This document shows positions 18,803 through 27,800 of a DNA stretch of 64,000 bases, piece by piece. The notes below the pieces were generated by a model. That model was given only the letters and a program-made list of their open reading frames with translations, was not told the origin of the DNA and ran no database searches. The position numbers and the translations under genes were made by a program. Source of the DNA: Acidobacteriota bacterium. GTDB lineage: Bacteria > Acidobacteriota > Vicinamibacteria > Vicinamibacterales > UBA2999. Where the stretch lies: NCBI GenBank assembly GCA_016192845.1, contig JACPTI010000065.1, positions 538 through 64,537 of the forward strand, written 5' to 3'. Positions within the stretch are counted from its first letter, which is position 1, and each line of letters starts with the position of its first letter.

Positions 18803-20044
18803 TCACGCGTCCAGCCGCGTGAACGCCCGCGCGTGCTCGATCTCTGCGAGGATCTCCTCGTCTCTGAGGACGGTCCGCGACGCCTTCGCGCGGTTGAAGA
18901 GCCGCTCCACCAGCTCCTCGTCCGCCTCGATGCCGTGCCGCTCCAGCCAGAACAGCACGTTCGACTTGCCAGACATCGGGCCGATCTCGATCTCCTGATG
19001 GCGGCCAACGAGTTTCGCAGGCACTCCCGAGTACACCGCGTCGGTCAGCTCGGGATCGTCCTTGTGGAACGCCTTGATGACGGCGGCGGCGTGGACGCCC
19101 GTGGCGGTGCGGAACGCGTCGCGGCCGAATACGGGGTAGTTGTCGGGAATCGGCTCGCCCGTCGCCTGCGACACCGCGTGCACCAACTCGTCGAGGTGCG
19201 TCAGGTCGCGCTCGAGCCACCCCATCAGCACGAGGTTCACCATCAGCAGGTCGAGCGGCGTATTGCCGACCCGCTCGCCGATGCCGAGGATGGTGCCGTG
19301 GACGCGCGAGGCGCCCGCCTCGAGGGCGGCGAGGCTGTTGATGGTCCCCATGTCGCGGTCGCGGTGACCGTGCCAGTCGATGCCGACCTCCGTCGCGCCC
19401 GTGTCGTCGATCACGCGCCGCGCGTACCGCACGACCGCGCGCGCGCCCGACGGCGTCGCATGGCCCACCGTGTCGGCAATACAGATGCGTGACGCGCCCG
19501 CCCGGACCGCCGTGGCGAACAGCCGCCGCAGCGTCTCGGGATCCGACCGCGTCGTATCTTCGGTGACGTACATCACCCGAAGCCCCTGCCGGACGGCAAA
19601 GCTGACCGCCTCCTCCGTGCAGCGCTGCAGGTGATCGACGGTCCAGTCTTCCGCGTACCGCCGGATCGGGCTCGATCCGATGAAGCAGCAGCACTCGAAC
19701 GGCAGGCCCGTGCGCTGCTGGATCTCGGCAATCGGCCGAATGTCGGACACGACCGTTCGCGCCGCGCACTGCGCTCCGATTCTCAGCCTGGCCTCGACGA
19801 TTTCCCGCGCCAGCCGCTCGGCGTCACGCATGACGTGCGCGCCGGCGCCGGGCAGGCCGATGTCCGTGGCGTCGACGCCGATGGCGTCGAGCAGATGGAG
19901 GATGCGGATCTTCTCGGCAATCGAAGGAGCTCGGACCGACGGCGACTGGAGCCCGTCGCGCAGCGTTTCGTCGCCCAGCATGACGACGGGCGGCTTGGTC
20001 GCGGGGGCGACCTGGTTCCAGTCGTAGATCAGCCCGTCATTCAC
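18803..20044 (-). CDS. LeuA-like HMGL-family synthase (2-isopropylmalate / homocitrate synthase family, short form)
   Basis: LGDETLRDGLQSP, ICIADTVGHATP, WHGHRDRDMG and GIGERVGNTPLD motifs. Confidence 0.85.
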   Translation of the reverse strand: MNDGLIYDWNQVAPATKPPVVMLGDETLRDGLQSPSVRAPSIAEKIRILHLLDAIGVDATDIGLPGAGAHVMRDAERLAREIVEARLRIGAQCAARTVVSDIRPIAEIQQRTGLPFECCCFIGSSPIRRYAEDWTVDHLQRCTEEAVSFAVRQGLRVMYVTEDTTRSDPETLRRLFATAVRAGASRICIADTVGHATPSGARAVVRYARRVIDDTGATEVGIDWHGHRDRDMGTINSLAALEAGASRVHGTILGIGERVGNTPLDLLMVNLVLMGWLERDLTHLDELVHAVSQATGEPIPDNYPVFGRDAFRTATGVHAAAVIKAFHKDDPELTDAVYSGVPAKLVGRHQEIEIGPMSGKSNVLFWLERHGIEADEELVERLFNRAKASRTVLRDEEILAEIEHARAFTRLDA

Positions 20045-20315
20045 CGGCGTCCCTCCTGGCCGCCACGGCCGCGAGGCCGAGGCCCGCCACGAGCACCATC
20101 CCGCCCCAGATCAGGCCCTGCCGCACGGAGCGCGCGACGGCGGGCCGCATCACCTCGTCAATCGCGACGGCGGACGCCCCCGCGGCGAGCGCGGCGCGCT
20201 GCAGCTCCGCGTAGCGCTCGGCGCCCGCCGCGGTCACGCGATCCTGCACGACCGCGAACACGAGCAACGCGGCGGCGACCGACGTCAGCACGATCGCCCG
20301 GACGCGTCGATCCAT
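20037..20315 (-). CDS. small two-TM membrane protein, function unknown
   Basis: 92 aa with hydrophobic N- and C-terminal helices. Overlaps the LeuA-like start by 8 nt. A perfect TATAAT lies 8 nt upstream of its ATG. Confidence 0.5.
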   Translation of the reverse strand: MDRRVRAIVLTSVAAALLVFAVVQDRVTAAGAERYAELQRAALAAGASAVAIDEVMRPAVARSVRQGLIWGGMVLVAGLGLAAVAARRDAGE

Positions 20316-20323
20316 CTGATTCG

Positions 20324-20329
20324 ATTATA
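20324..20329 (-). promoter_or_regulatory. perfect -10 hexamer TATAAT, 8 nt upstream of ATG 20315 (leaderless-type arrangement)
   Basis: The minus strand reads TATAAT-CGAATCAG-ATG. Confidence 0.35.
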
Positions 20330-20358
20330 CGGCTGGCCTCCCACCCCACCTGCACCCC

Positions 20359-20735
20359 ATGAATATCCGCGACGTGATGACGCCCAACCCGTGCTGCGTT
20401 TCGCCGGACGACACGATGGTCGAAGCGACGCCGGACATGTCCACGCGCGAAGCGGCGGAGCTGATGAGCGAACACCAGGTGCGGCGGCTGCCGGTCGTCG
20501 AGAACAACCACCTCGTCGGCGCCGTGACACTAACGCGCCAAACTTTGGTGTTTTCGCACAACTCTGGCGCGTTAGTGTCACTATCGTGACAGTGTCGTTT
20601 CGACCCAGCGCGGCGCTTTGATTGCACGGCCGCCGCGCTGGGTCGCTCGGCGACCTGGCGGTGAAGGAGGGGCGCGACAGCCGCATCGGTGACACGCTGC
20701 AGCACATCTCCGAGGGGGTCAAAGAGCGTGGATAG
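20359..20735 (+). pseudogene. CBS-domain protein gene split by a ~116-nt insertion (frame changes)
   Basis: The 5' part MNIRDVMTPNPCCVSPDDT...EHQVRRLPVVENNHLVGAV is in frame 1 and stops at 20589. The family-typical continuation SLGDLAVKEGRDSRIGDTLQHISEGVKERG resumes at 20643 in another frame and stops at 20733-20735. Confidence 0.6.
20524..20645. mobile_element. double-hairpin (MITE/REP-like) insertion inside the CBS gene
   Basis: Perfect 17-bp inverted repeat GTGACACTAACGCGCCA (20524-20540 / 20565-20581) and perfect 15-bp inverted repeat CGACCCAGCGCGGCG (20601-20615 / 20631-20645). Confidence 0.45.
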
Positions 20736-20780
20736 GCTTTGGGTGTTGGGCTTTGGGCTTCCGGCCCTGGGCTTTGAATC
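20735..20780. repeat. degenerate tandem GGGCTTT word array
   Basis: GGCTTTGGGTGTTGGGCTTTGGGCTTCCGGCCCTGGGCTTTGAATC lies between the CBS remnant and the zinc-ribbon gene stop. Confidence 0.55.
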
Positions 20781-21000
20781 AGCCCTGCCGGGTCAGAAAC
20801 CAGAGCAGCACGAGGGCGAGCAGCAGAATCAGGATCAGCGTCCCGAGCGGGCCCCGTCGGTGCCGCGGGCGCTCGAACAGCGAGCCCTCCTCCGGCGGCT
20901 TGACGCGCGGCGCCGTCGTGGCGTGGCCGCACCGGTAGCAGATGAGCGCCCTGTCGGCGATCGCGGTGCCGCAGTGTCGGCATTTCATGGGCGCCACCAC
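20779..21000 (-). CDS. zinc-ribbon protein with C-terminal TM anchor
   Basis: MKCRHCGTAIADRALICYRCGH (CxxC...CxxC) plus GTLILILLLALVLLWFL. The start may be ATG 20988. Confidence 0.55.
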   Translation of the reverse strand: MVAPMKCRHCGTAIADRALICYRCGHATTAPRVKPPEEGSLFERPRHRRGPLGTLILILLLALVLLWFLTRQG

Positions 21001-21087
21001 TGTACCCCAGCGCGCCCGCCCTCCGGCCGCAGCGACGTTCGATTTCCCGCCGCCGGCCGTTATATGGACAGGAGGTCATCCGCCGAC

Positions 21088-21495
21088 ATGGTGATTGCGA
21101 CGACGCCGCGACTCGTGAACGGCTCGGCGCTGCTCGACCTGACCGGTCGCCTGACCGCGGGGGCAGCGAACGTCGAAGACAGCCGCCTGCGCACGGAGGT
21201 GGCGGAGCTGGCCGCCGCCGGCTGCGCGGAGATTGCGCTGAATCTCGCGGGGCTCATCGCGGTCGACGCGCGAGGGCTCGGCGAGCTCGTGCTGGCGCTC
21301 CGCACGGCACGAGAGCGCGGCGGGCGGCTGACACTCGTGGCGCCGCCGCCTCGCGTGCGGCGAATGCTCGCCATCACAAGGCTCGACACGGTGTTCGACG
21401 TCTGCAGCACGGAAACCGAGTTCCGCGCCCGCAGCGGCACGCCGAGGCCGGTCGACGCCTGTGTTGTCGTGGGCGCGCAAGCAGCGTACGCGTAG
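21088..21495 (+). CDS. STAS-domain protein (anti-sigma-factor antagonist family)
   Basis: C-terminal part of ORF 20689..21495: LLDLTGRL...IALNLAGLIAVDARGLGELV...GGRLTLVAPPPRVRRMLAITRLDTVF. AGGAGG at 21070-21075 precedes ATG 21088. ATG 21064 is an alternative start. Confidence 0.7.
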   Translation: MVIATTPRLVNGSALLDLTGRLTAGAANVEDSRLRTEVAELAAAGCAEIALNLAGLIAVDARGLGELVLALRTARERGGRLTLVAPPPRVRRMLAITRLDTVFDVCSTETEFRARSGTPRPVDACVVVGAQAAYA

Positions 21496-21583
21496 TACGA
21501 CGTTCGGGTCGTTGGGACGTTCGGTTCGTTCGGGACGTTCGGTTCGGAGCGTTCGAACGATTCGCACGACCCGAACGACTACG
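21493..21583. repeat. heptamer-word hairpin, family D (CGTTCGG / CCGAACG), between convergent genes
   Basis: GTAGTACGACGTTCGGGTCGT ... central CGTTCGAACG palindrome ... ACGACCCGAACGACTACGAC. It overlaps both stop codons (21493-21495 and 21579-21581). Confidence 0.75.
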
Positions 21584-22529
21584 ACCGCTTCCGGATTTCC
21601 TGGGCGATCTTCGCCAGCTCGATGAGAATCCGCTCGAGCTCCGCCTGGTACTGCTCGTCGGTCATCGAGCTCCGGCGCGCCTTCAACTCCTCGAACTGCT
21701 TCTCGAGCGCGAGGCGCTGCCGATCGAGCGCGACGAGCGCCGGATCGCCGCCGGCCGCGCCAGGCTCAGCATCGAGATAGACGGTCCGGGCAACCGCGCC
21801 GTCCTCGCCCGGCACGTCCGCTTCGCGTCCCTGCCCGTCGCCGTTGTCGTCGAGGACCGGCCGCTCGGTCGCCAGCTGTCCGCGCTGCTCGTAGTGCCGC
21901 TTCACCCCGGCGCTTGCGGCCGCGAACGCCTCCCATACCGAGATGCGGCCGTTCTTGTCGAAGTCGCTCGAGCGGTCGGCCAGGGCGCGCGTGAAGTACT
22001 CGGGAAACACCGTGGCAAACCGCTGGGCTGCCGAGTCGGTGGCGGTGATGACGATGCGCCCGGAGCGCGAGAGTTGCTCCAGGAAGGGAAAGCTCGATGC
22101 GGTGGTGTTCACGAGAACGAGGCGGCCGGGCAGCCCGTCGAGCATCGATTTCCACTCGGCGGCGCTGAGATCGGGGCCGACGAGGTTGAACTTCGCGTCC
22201 GTGCCGTCGAAGGTTCCGTGCCCGAGGAAGACGACCATCAGCGTGTCGTCGCGGGTCAGCCGCTTCCGCAGGTCGGCGAAGAGACGCCTGACGTTTGCGG
22301 CCGTCGCGCGGGAGCTGCCCCCGCTTTCCTCGTCGAGGACGACGACGTTCGCGTCGGCAAAGGCAAAGCCGGCGGTCAGGAACGCGGCGAGCTCCGACCG
22401 CCACTTCTGCTGCTGCGTGGCGTACCGCTCGCCGCCCGACACGCCAGAAATGACCACGGCGTACCGCTCGTCGGCGACGGCAGCCGTTGCAATCGCCACG
22501 AACAGCAGCGCAAGGACGACCCGCCTCAT
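21579..22529 (-). CDS. secreted legumain/caspase-fold (peptidase C13-like) protein lacking the expected catalytic Cys
   Basis: ORF 21579..24077 trimmed to ATG 22529 (MRRVVLALLFVAIATAAVA signal). MVVFLGHG His motif. The position about 40 aa later, where C13 enzymes have ACESGS, reads NTTASS. ATGA overlap with the upstream stop. Confidence 0.65.
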   Translation of the reverse strand: MRRVVLALLFVAIATAAVADERYAVVISGVSGGERYATQQQKWRSELAAFLTAGFAFADANVVVLDEESGGSSRATAANVRRLFADLRKRLTRDDTLMVVFLGHGTFDGTDAKFNLVGPDLSAAEWKSMLDGLPGRLVLVNTTASSFPFLEQLSRSGRIVITATDSAAQRFATVFPEYFTRALADRSSDFDKNGRISVWEAFAAASAGVKRHYEQRGQLATERPVLDDNGDGQGREADVPGEDGAVARTVYLDAEPGAAGGDPALVALDRQRLALEKQFEELKARRSSMTDEQYQAELERILIELAKIAQEIRKRS

Positions 22530-24793
22530 CGCAGTCCCCATTGCCGCCGCAGCGTCCACTCGGCGGCGAGCAGCCCGACGAGCGCGACGAAGATCCAGGC
22601 GTTGTGCCACAGCTCCTCGAGCCGCGGCGCGCTCGGCGCGGCTGCCGCCGATTTCAGCAGCGACGACAGCATCGACGCCTGGCTGGCCGACACGTACGCC
22701 CCGCCGCTCGCGAGCGCGACACGCCGCAGCACCTCCTCGTTGAGCCGGGGGTCGGCCATCTCCAGGTCGGCGCCGCCCACGAGCACGGCCCGGGCGGCGC
22801 GGCCAAGCGGTGCCCCCTCCCGCGTCGCCGTGGCGCTCACGCGGTAGATGCCCGGCTCGTCGAAGCGCAGCTCGCCCGTGTAACGCCCCGTCTGCGGGTC
22901 GGCGAGCCTGGCAACCACCTCCTCGGTCGTGCCGCCGGGGCGCGCGATGGAGAGCCGCACGTCGGCGTCGACGATCGGTGCGAACGCGTCGCTGCGGACG
23001 TCCACCGTCATCGCCGCGCCCATGCCCGGCGCAAGCCCGGAAAGCGGCGCCACGTCCACGGGATCGGGCGCCGAGGCGGATACCCACCGGACCGCCTGGC
23101 GCCAGAAGAGCTCGTGGGTGCGATCGGTGGACGGCAGTTGCATCCGCCAGCGCCATGACGCCTCGCCGGTAAACACCATCGAGCGGCCCTGTCCGTAGCG
23201 CTGGACAGCCACGAGCGGCCGCGGGCCGTCGGGAGCATGGACGAGCGCCAGCGCCTGCGCGCCCGGGCGGAGCGCACCCAGCGCGGCCACGCCCACCAGC
23301 GGCGGTACGGCGCGCCAGCGTTGCTCCAGAGTGTCTGCGGCGTCGATCCGCATCACCGGGTGCACCTGGCCTTCGTCCGTGAGGCTCACCGCCAGCCGCG
23401 ACTCGACGCGACTCGACGCGCGCATGACGCCGCTGCCGCGCTCGGTGAGGCCGACCGGCAGCACCGGTTCGAGAGGGGTCCCGGCAAACCCCTGCTGGAC
23501 GAACGACTTCGCGCCGAGCACGAGCAGGCCGCCGCCGCGATCGTCCACAAACGTCGCCAGCATGTCGAGCTGCGCCCGCGACAGCGCATCCGCCTCGACA
23601 TTGGCCAGGATGATCGCGTCGTACTCGTAGAGCGCGGAGCGCTCCTGCGGGAATCCGGTGGTCAGGCGCGCCGCGCGGCGTTCGGTCGCCTGCACGTAGT
23701 AGGTGGAGGACCCGCGCGCGTCTCGGCCCTTCCGGACGACGGAGTCGACCTCGATGCCCGGGTCGCCGGCGAGCGCGCGCTTGATGAACGCGTGTTCGAA
23801 GCCGGGCGCCCCTTCGATCATCAGCACGCGGCGGCGACGGCCCGGCGGCTCCACAAGCACGCTGCGGCGGTTGTTCTCGAGCGCAAGCTCGCCCGCCGCC
23901 GACGGAATCTCCACCGTGTAGAGCGTCGGGGTTTCCCGCGACGGCGACACCGTAAACACCGCGCGCACGGGGCCGCCGCCAGCTTCCGGCGTGACGTGGC
24001 GCAGGTCGATCGGCCGGCCGTTCTCCAGCACGCGCAGATCGAACGGCGCCGCGCTCGCACCCGCATTGGCACCCCACCGCGCAGGCGTGCGCGGTGGGGA
24101 CCCCGCATTGCCACGACTGATAGCGGTGACTGTGATGTCGATGGACGAATCCGCATGCGCCATCTCGCCGGCCGAGACATCGAGCACCTCGAAGTCGGCC
24201 GGCGGCTGCGGAGCGCCCACGCCGATGGCGTACACGGGAACGGCGGCCGCATCGGCGGCGGCCGCCGGCTCCTCGGTCCCGGTGTCGCCGCCGTCCGAGA
24301 TCACCACGACGGCGGCCACGCGCCGCTGCCGGTAGCGCTCACGCACGGCGCGGAGTGCGCCCGACAGATCGCTCCGCCGCGCGTCGGCGGCGAGCGTTCT
24401 CGTCTCCGTCACCGGCTCGAGCGCGTCGCCGAACGACCAGAGCTCGCTGCGGAAGCGGCGGTCGAGCGCAGGCCGGACGTAGCCTTCGAGCAGGTCGCGC
24501 GCGACGACGATGCGGCTCGCGCCGTCCATGTCGGCAAGCCGCATGCTTCGCGAGACGTCGATGAGCACGGGGACGACGGCATCGGTGGCGACATCCGGCG
24601 GCACGACGCGAACCGGGCGCAGGAGGCAGGCGACGAGCACGAGGAGCACGAGCGCCCGCAGGCCGGCCAGCACGGCACGCCGCCGCGGCGACAGCGGCAC
24701 GATGGCGCCGGCGTAGAACCCCCACGCGACCGCCACGATGGCGGCGGCCAGCAGGAGGAGCGCCCACCAGGGATACGAGATGGCGAACTGCAT
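22526..24793 (-). CDS. membrane protein: N-terminal double TM + vWA-like + class-I glutamine-amidotransferase-like fold + C-terminal TM
   Basis: MQFAISYPWWALLLLAAAIVAV..., VLIDVSRSM...VVVISDGGDTG (vWA MIDAS-like), YDAIILANVEADALS...GGGLLVLG (GATase1-like), C-terminal WIFVALVGLLAAEW. Confidence 0.75.
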   Translation of the reverse strand: MQFAISYPWWALLLLAAAIVAVAWGFYAGAIVPLSPRRRAVLAGLRALVLLVLVACLLRPVRVVPPDVATDAVVPVLIDVSRSMRLADMDGASRIVVARDLLEGYVRPALDRRFRSELWSFGDALEPVTETRTLAADARRSDLSGALRAVRERYRQRRVAAVVVISDGGDTGTEEPAAAADAAAVPVYAIGVGAPQPPADFEVLDVSAGEMAHADSSIDITVTAISRGNAGSPPRTPARWGANAGASAAPFDLRVLENGRPIDLRHVTPEAGGGPVRAVFTVSPSRETPTLYTVEIPSAAGELALENNRRSVLVEPPGRRRRVLMIEGAPGFEHAFIKRALAGDPGIEVDSVVRKGRDARGSSTYYVQATERRAARLTTGFPQERSALYEYDAIILANVEADALSRAQLDMLATFVDDRGGGLLVLGAKSFVQQGFAGTPLEPVLPVGLTERGSGVMRASSRVESRLAVSLTDEGQVHPVMRIDAADTLEQRWRAVPPLVGVAALGALRPGAQALALVHAPDGPRPLVAVQRYGQGRSMVFTGEASWRWRMQLPSTDRTHELFWRQAVRWVSASAPDPVDVAPLSGLAPGMGAAMTVDVRSDAFAPIVDADVRLSIARPGGTTEEVVARLADPQTGRYTGELRFDEPGIYRVSATATREGAPLGRAARAVLVGGADLEMADPRLNEEVLRRVALASGGAYVSASQASMLSSLLKSAAAAPSAPRLEELWHNAWIFVALVGLLAAEWTLRRQWGLR
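24060..24110. repeat. REP-like palindrome family A (CACCCCAYCGCGC..GCGCGRTGGGGACCCCG) with 9-bp flanking direct repeat, in frame in a CDS
   Basis: CCCGCATTG (24060-24068), then the 33-nt palindromic core GCACCCCACCGCGCAGGCGTGCGCGGTGGGGAC, then CCCGCATTG (24102-24110). Period is 42 nt = 14 codons. Translated as GNAG-SPPRTPARWGANAG. Confidence 0.8.
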
Positions 24794-24801
24794 ATCGTTC
24801 G

Positions 24802-27800
24802 CTACCTCTTCTCTCCCGCCGCGAGTGCGCGGTAATAGCGCTCAACCAGCCGGCGGTACTGCTCCGGCACCGCCTGACTTCGCCCCGCGTTGAGCCGGTC
24901 GCGCGACTGCTGCTCGCGCACCCGGTCGGCGGCCGTCCGCTCCAGGCGCTCGAGCGCGGCAGCGAGCTGGACCTTCAGCTCGTCCCACTTCGCGAAATCC
25001 TGCTTCCACGGCTCCGTGCCCGGCGCCGAGCGGCCGGGATTGAATCCTTCGACGTCCGGCACGACGCCGAACTCGTGCAGCTCGTTCAACAGCTCGCGGG
25101 CGTCCTGCCACCCGCCTGTGGCGTCGATGTTCTGGCCGCCGCGGCCCCCTTCGGCGCCCTGGCCGCCCTGACGCCCGCCGCGGCCGCGCGCGCTCTGGCC
25201 GGCGTTCTGGTCGCCTGCCCGATCGCGCATCTCGCCGAGCTGCCGGTCGAGCCGCGCCAGCTCCTCGCGCAGCTGCCGCAGCCGCGACAGCTCCTCGCTG
25301 GCCTGATCGGACTCGCCGCTTTCGGCGCCCGCAGCGGCGAGGCGATCGGCAAGCCGCTCGAGTCCCCGCGCGATCCCCTCGCTCTCGCGCGGCGTGAGCG
25401 GTTCGCCGGGTCCGGAAGGACCTGGCCTGCGCGCCTGCGGCTCCTGCCCCCTCGCCCCTGACTCCTGTCCTCGTCCCTCGGCCACCTGGCGCTCGGCGCG
25501 GGCCGCATCGCGCATCCGCTGGACGGTCCGCGAGCGGTCGAGCTCCTTGACCGCTTCATCGAGCGCATTCTGCTGGAGCGCGTTTGTGTCAGAACCGCCG
25601 TCGGCGAGCTGGCGCACCGACCGATCGAGCCGCTCGGCGCGCTCGGCGAGCCGCTCCTGTTCGGCCGCGCGGCGCCGCGCGCGGTCGGCGCGGTCGCCCC
25701 CCTCGCGGCCGCCGGCGGCGTCCTGCCCGAGGCGGCGCTGGGCGTCGGCCAGTTGCTGCGACTCAAGCTGCAGCTCGCCAAGGGCGCGGCGGCGGTCGTC
25801 GGGCTGGCTGCCGCGCATCCGCTGCTCCACGTCGCGCAGCCGTTCGGCCGCGCGGCTGCCGCGGGCGCTCGCCTGCTGCGGGTTGTCGCGCCGGAGCTCG
25901 CTGGCGGCGCCCTGCATGTCCTCGGCCGCCTGCTGCAGCTCGCGGCTGGCCTGCTGGCGATCGCTCGGCGATCCGCCGGCGCCCCGCCCGCCACTGCTCT
26001 GCTGCGCGCGCTGCGGCCCCTGTTGGCGGCCCTGCTGCTGTCCCTGCTGGAGCTCGCGCGCCAGCTCCTCGGCCTGCCGCCGCAGCTCGGTCTGTTCGCG
26101 CGTCAACCGCTCGAGCTCGCGGCGGATCTCCTCCTGCGACGCCGTCTCACGCTTCCGCGCGAGCTCCTGCTGGCTGCGGTTGAGCGCATCCTGCCGCCGC
26201 GCCAGCTCCTGGATCCGATCGGCCACCTCGTCCTGATTGTTCTCTTCGTTGCGCGACTCCCGGCTCGCCGGGGTCTCGTAGTTGGTCTGCTGCTGCTTGG
26301 CGAGCTCACGATCGAAGAGCGACGAGAGGTCCTGCTGCTGCCGGTTCGAGCCGCGCCCGCCAGTGCCGCTCGCCTGCTGCTGCACCTGCCGCTGGCGGAT
26401 TTCCGCCTGCGCGCGCAACAGCTCGTTCAGGGCGGTCATCTCGTGCGGCAGCGCGTCGGTCGTCCTGAGCGCTTGGAGCTGCTCATGGGCGCTCCCCATC
26501 GCCTGGACGGCCCTGCCAATGGCTTCGACCATCGCGTCGGGGTTCGCCGAGCCGCGGCCGCTGGGCAGCCGGCGCCGCAGATTCCCCGCGCGCTGCATCT
26601 GCGCGTGCAGCGCCGATGTCCGGCCGCGCAGATCGCTCTGCGCCCGAGCGACGGTCCGGATGTCGTCAGGCGACCGCGCGCCCGACTCGCGCCCGCGGCG
26701 ATCCAGGTTCCATGTGGCGGTGATGATGTCCTTCTGCCCCTGGATCAGCTCTTCGAGCGACTGCTCGTCGCCGCTGCCGGCGCCCATCCCCTGGCTCTCG
26801 GCGGCCACGAACTCCTCCTCGAACGGGGTCACCTCGAGGAAGAAGATGTCGCTCCGCGCCTCGCTCGAGTGCTTGCCGCGACTGACGTCGCGCGCACGCG
26901 CATAGTACGTCACGAAATCGCCAGGACGGACCGTGAGATCCTCGAGATACAGCGTGCGGCTGCCCGTCACCGCCGTGCCAGAGCCCCTGCGGTCGAACGG
27001 CACCACTTTTTCGGGCCCGCCCCGGACCGCGTACACGAGGTCGAGCGCCGCGACCCCGAAATCGTCATCGGCGCTTGCTTCAATCGACACTTCCTCGACC
27101 GAGGTCACCTGCCGGTCGCTCGCAGGACGGACGATTCGCACGTCCGGTGGCCGGTCCTGCAGCGTGCGGATGAAATATTCCGTCTCGCCCGGGTTCGTCA
27201 GGCCGTCGGTGTCGGCCAGCGCCACGCGATACGAGCCGTCTTCCGCGATCGTCAGCTCGCCCACCATCGCGCCGCCGCGGCCCGCGAGCGGGATCGGCTG
27301 CCCGCCGGTGAGGTTGAGCGCCGCGGAGCGGACGGGCTTGTCCGTGTGGACGGTGATCTGGACGCGCGTGCCCGCCGGCCCATAGATGTCGCCGCCGTCC
27401 TTCTCCGAGCGCGGCGCCATGCCGAAACCGGATGGATACTCGTAGCGCAGATCGATGCGCTCCACGCGGGGCGGCCGGAGCACCGTGACGGCGTACGCGC
27501 GGGTCGAGGTGCCGGCTGCGGCGACGAGGTACTGGAAATCGTCCCCAATCGCCTCGATGGTGACCGCAAACCCCTCGGGCGCGGCGTCCATCCTCCGGTC
27601 GCGCCACGCCTCGCCGTCACGCACGCGGAGGACCGGCACGATTGACGCGCCGGCCGACGTCCGGGCAGTCACGCGCAGCGACTCGCCGGCACGCACCCTG
27701 GCGTCGCCGGGCGACACTTCGAGCGCGAGCCGTTCCGGGAACAGATAAACGCCGGCCGTGCGCGCCGCCGCGCCCGCCGGCCCGGCGGAAAAGCCCACGC

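Noticed and set aside
22530-24077. N-terminal extensions of track ORFs upstream of better starts. Examples: 22530-24077, 4026-4184, 7325-7549, 28276-28344, 31145-31375, 32981-34060, 39598-39741 and 53245-53493.
   Set aside because: The extensions overlap the preceding gene in another frame or are repeat-encoded. They are Arg/Gly/Pro-rich and are followed by internal starts that yield canonical signal peptides or family-typical N-termini, often with ATGA/GTGA coupling.
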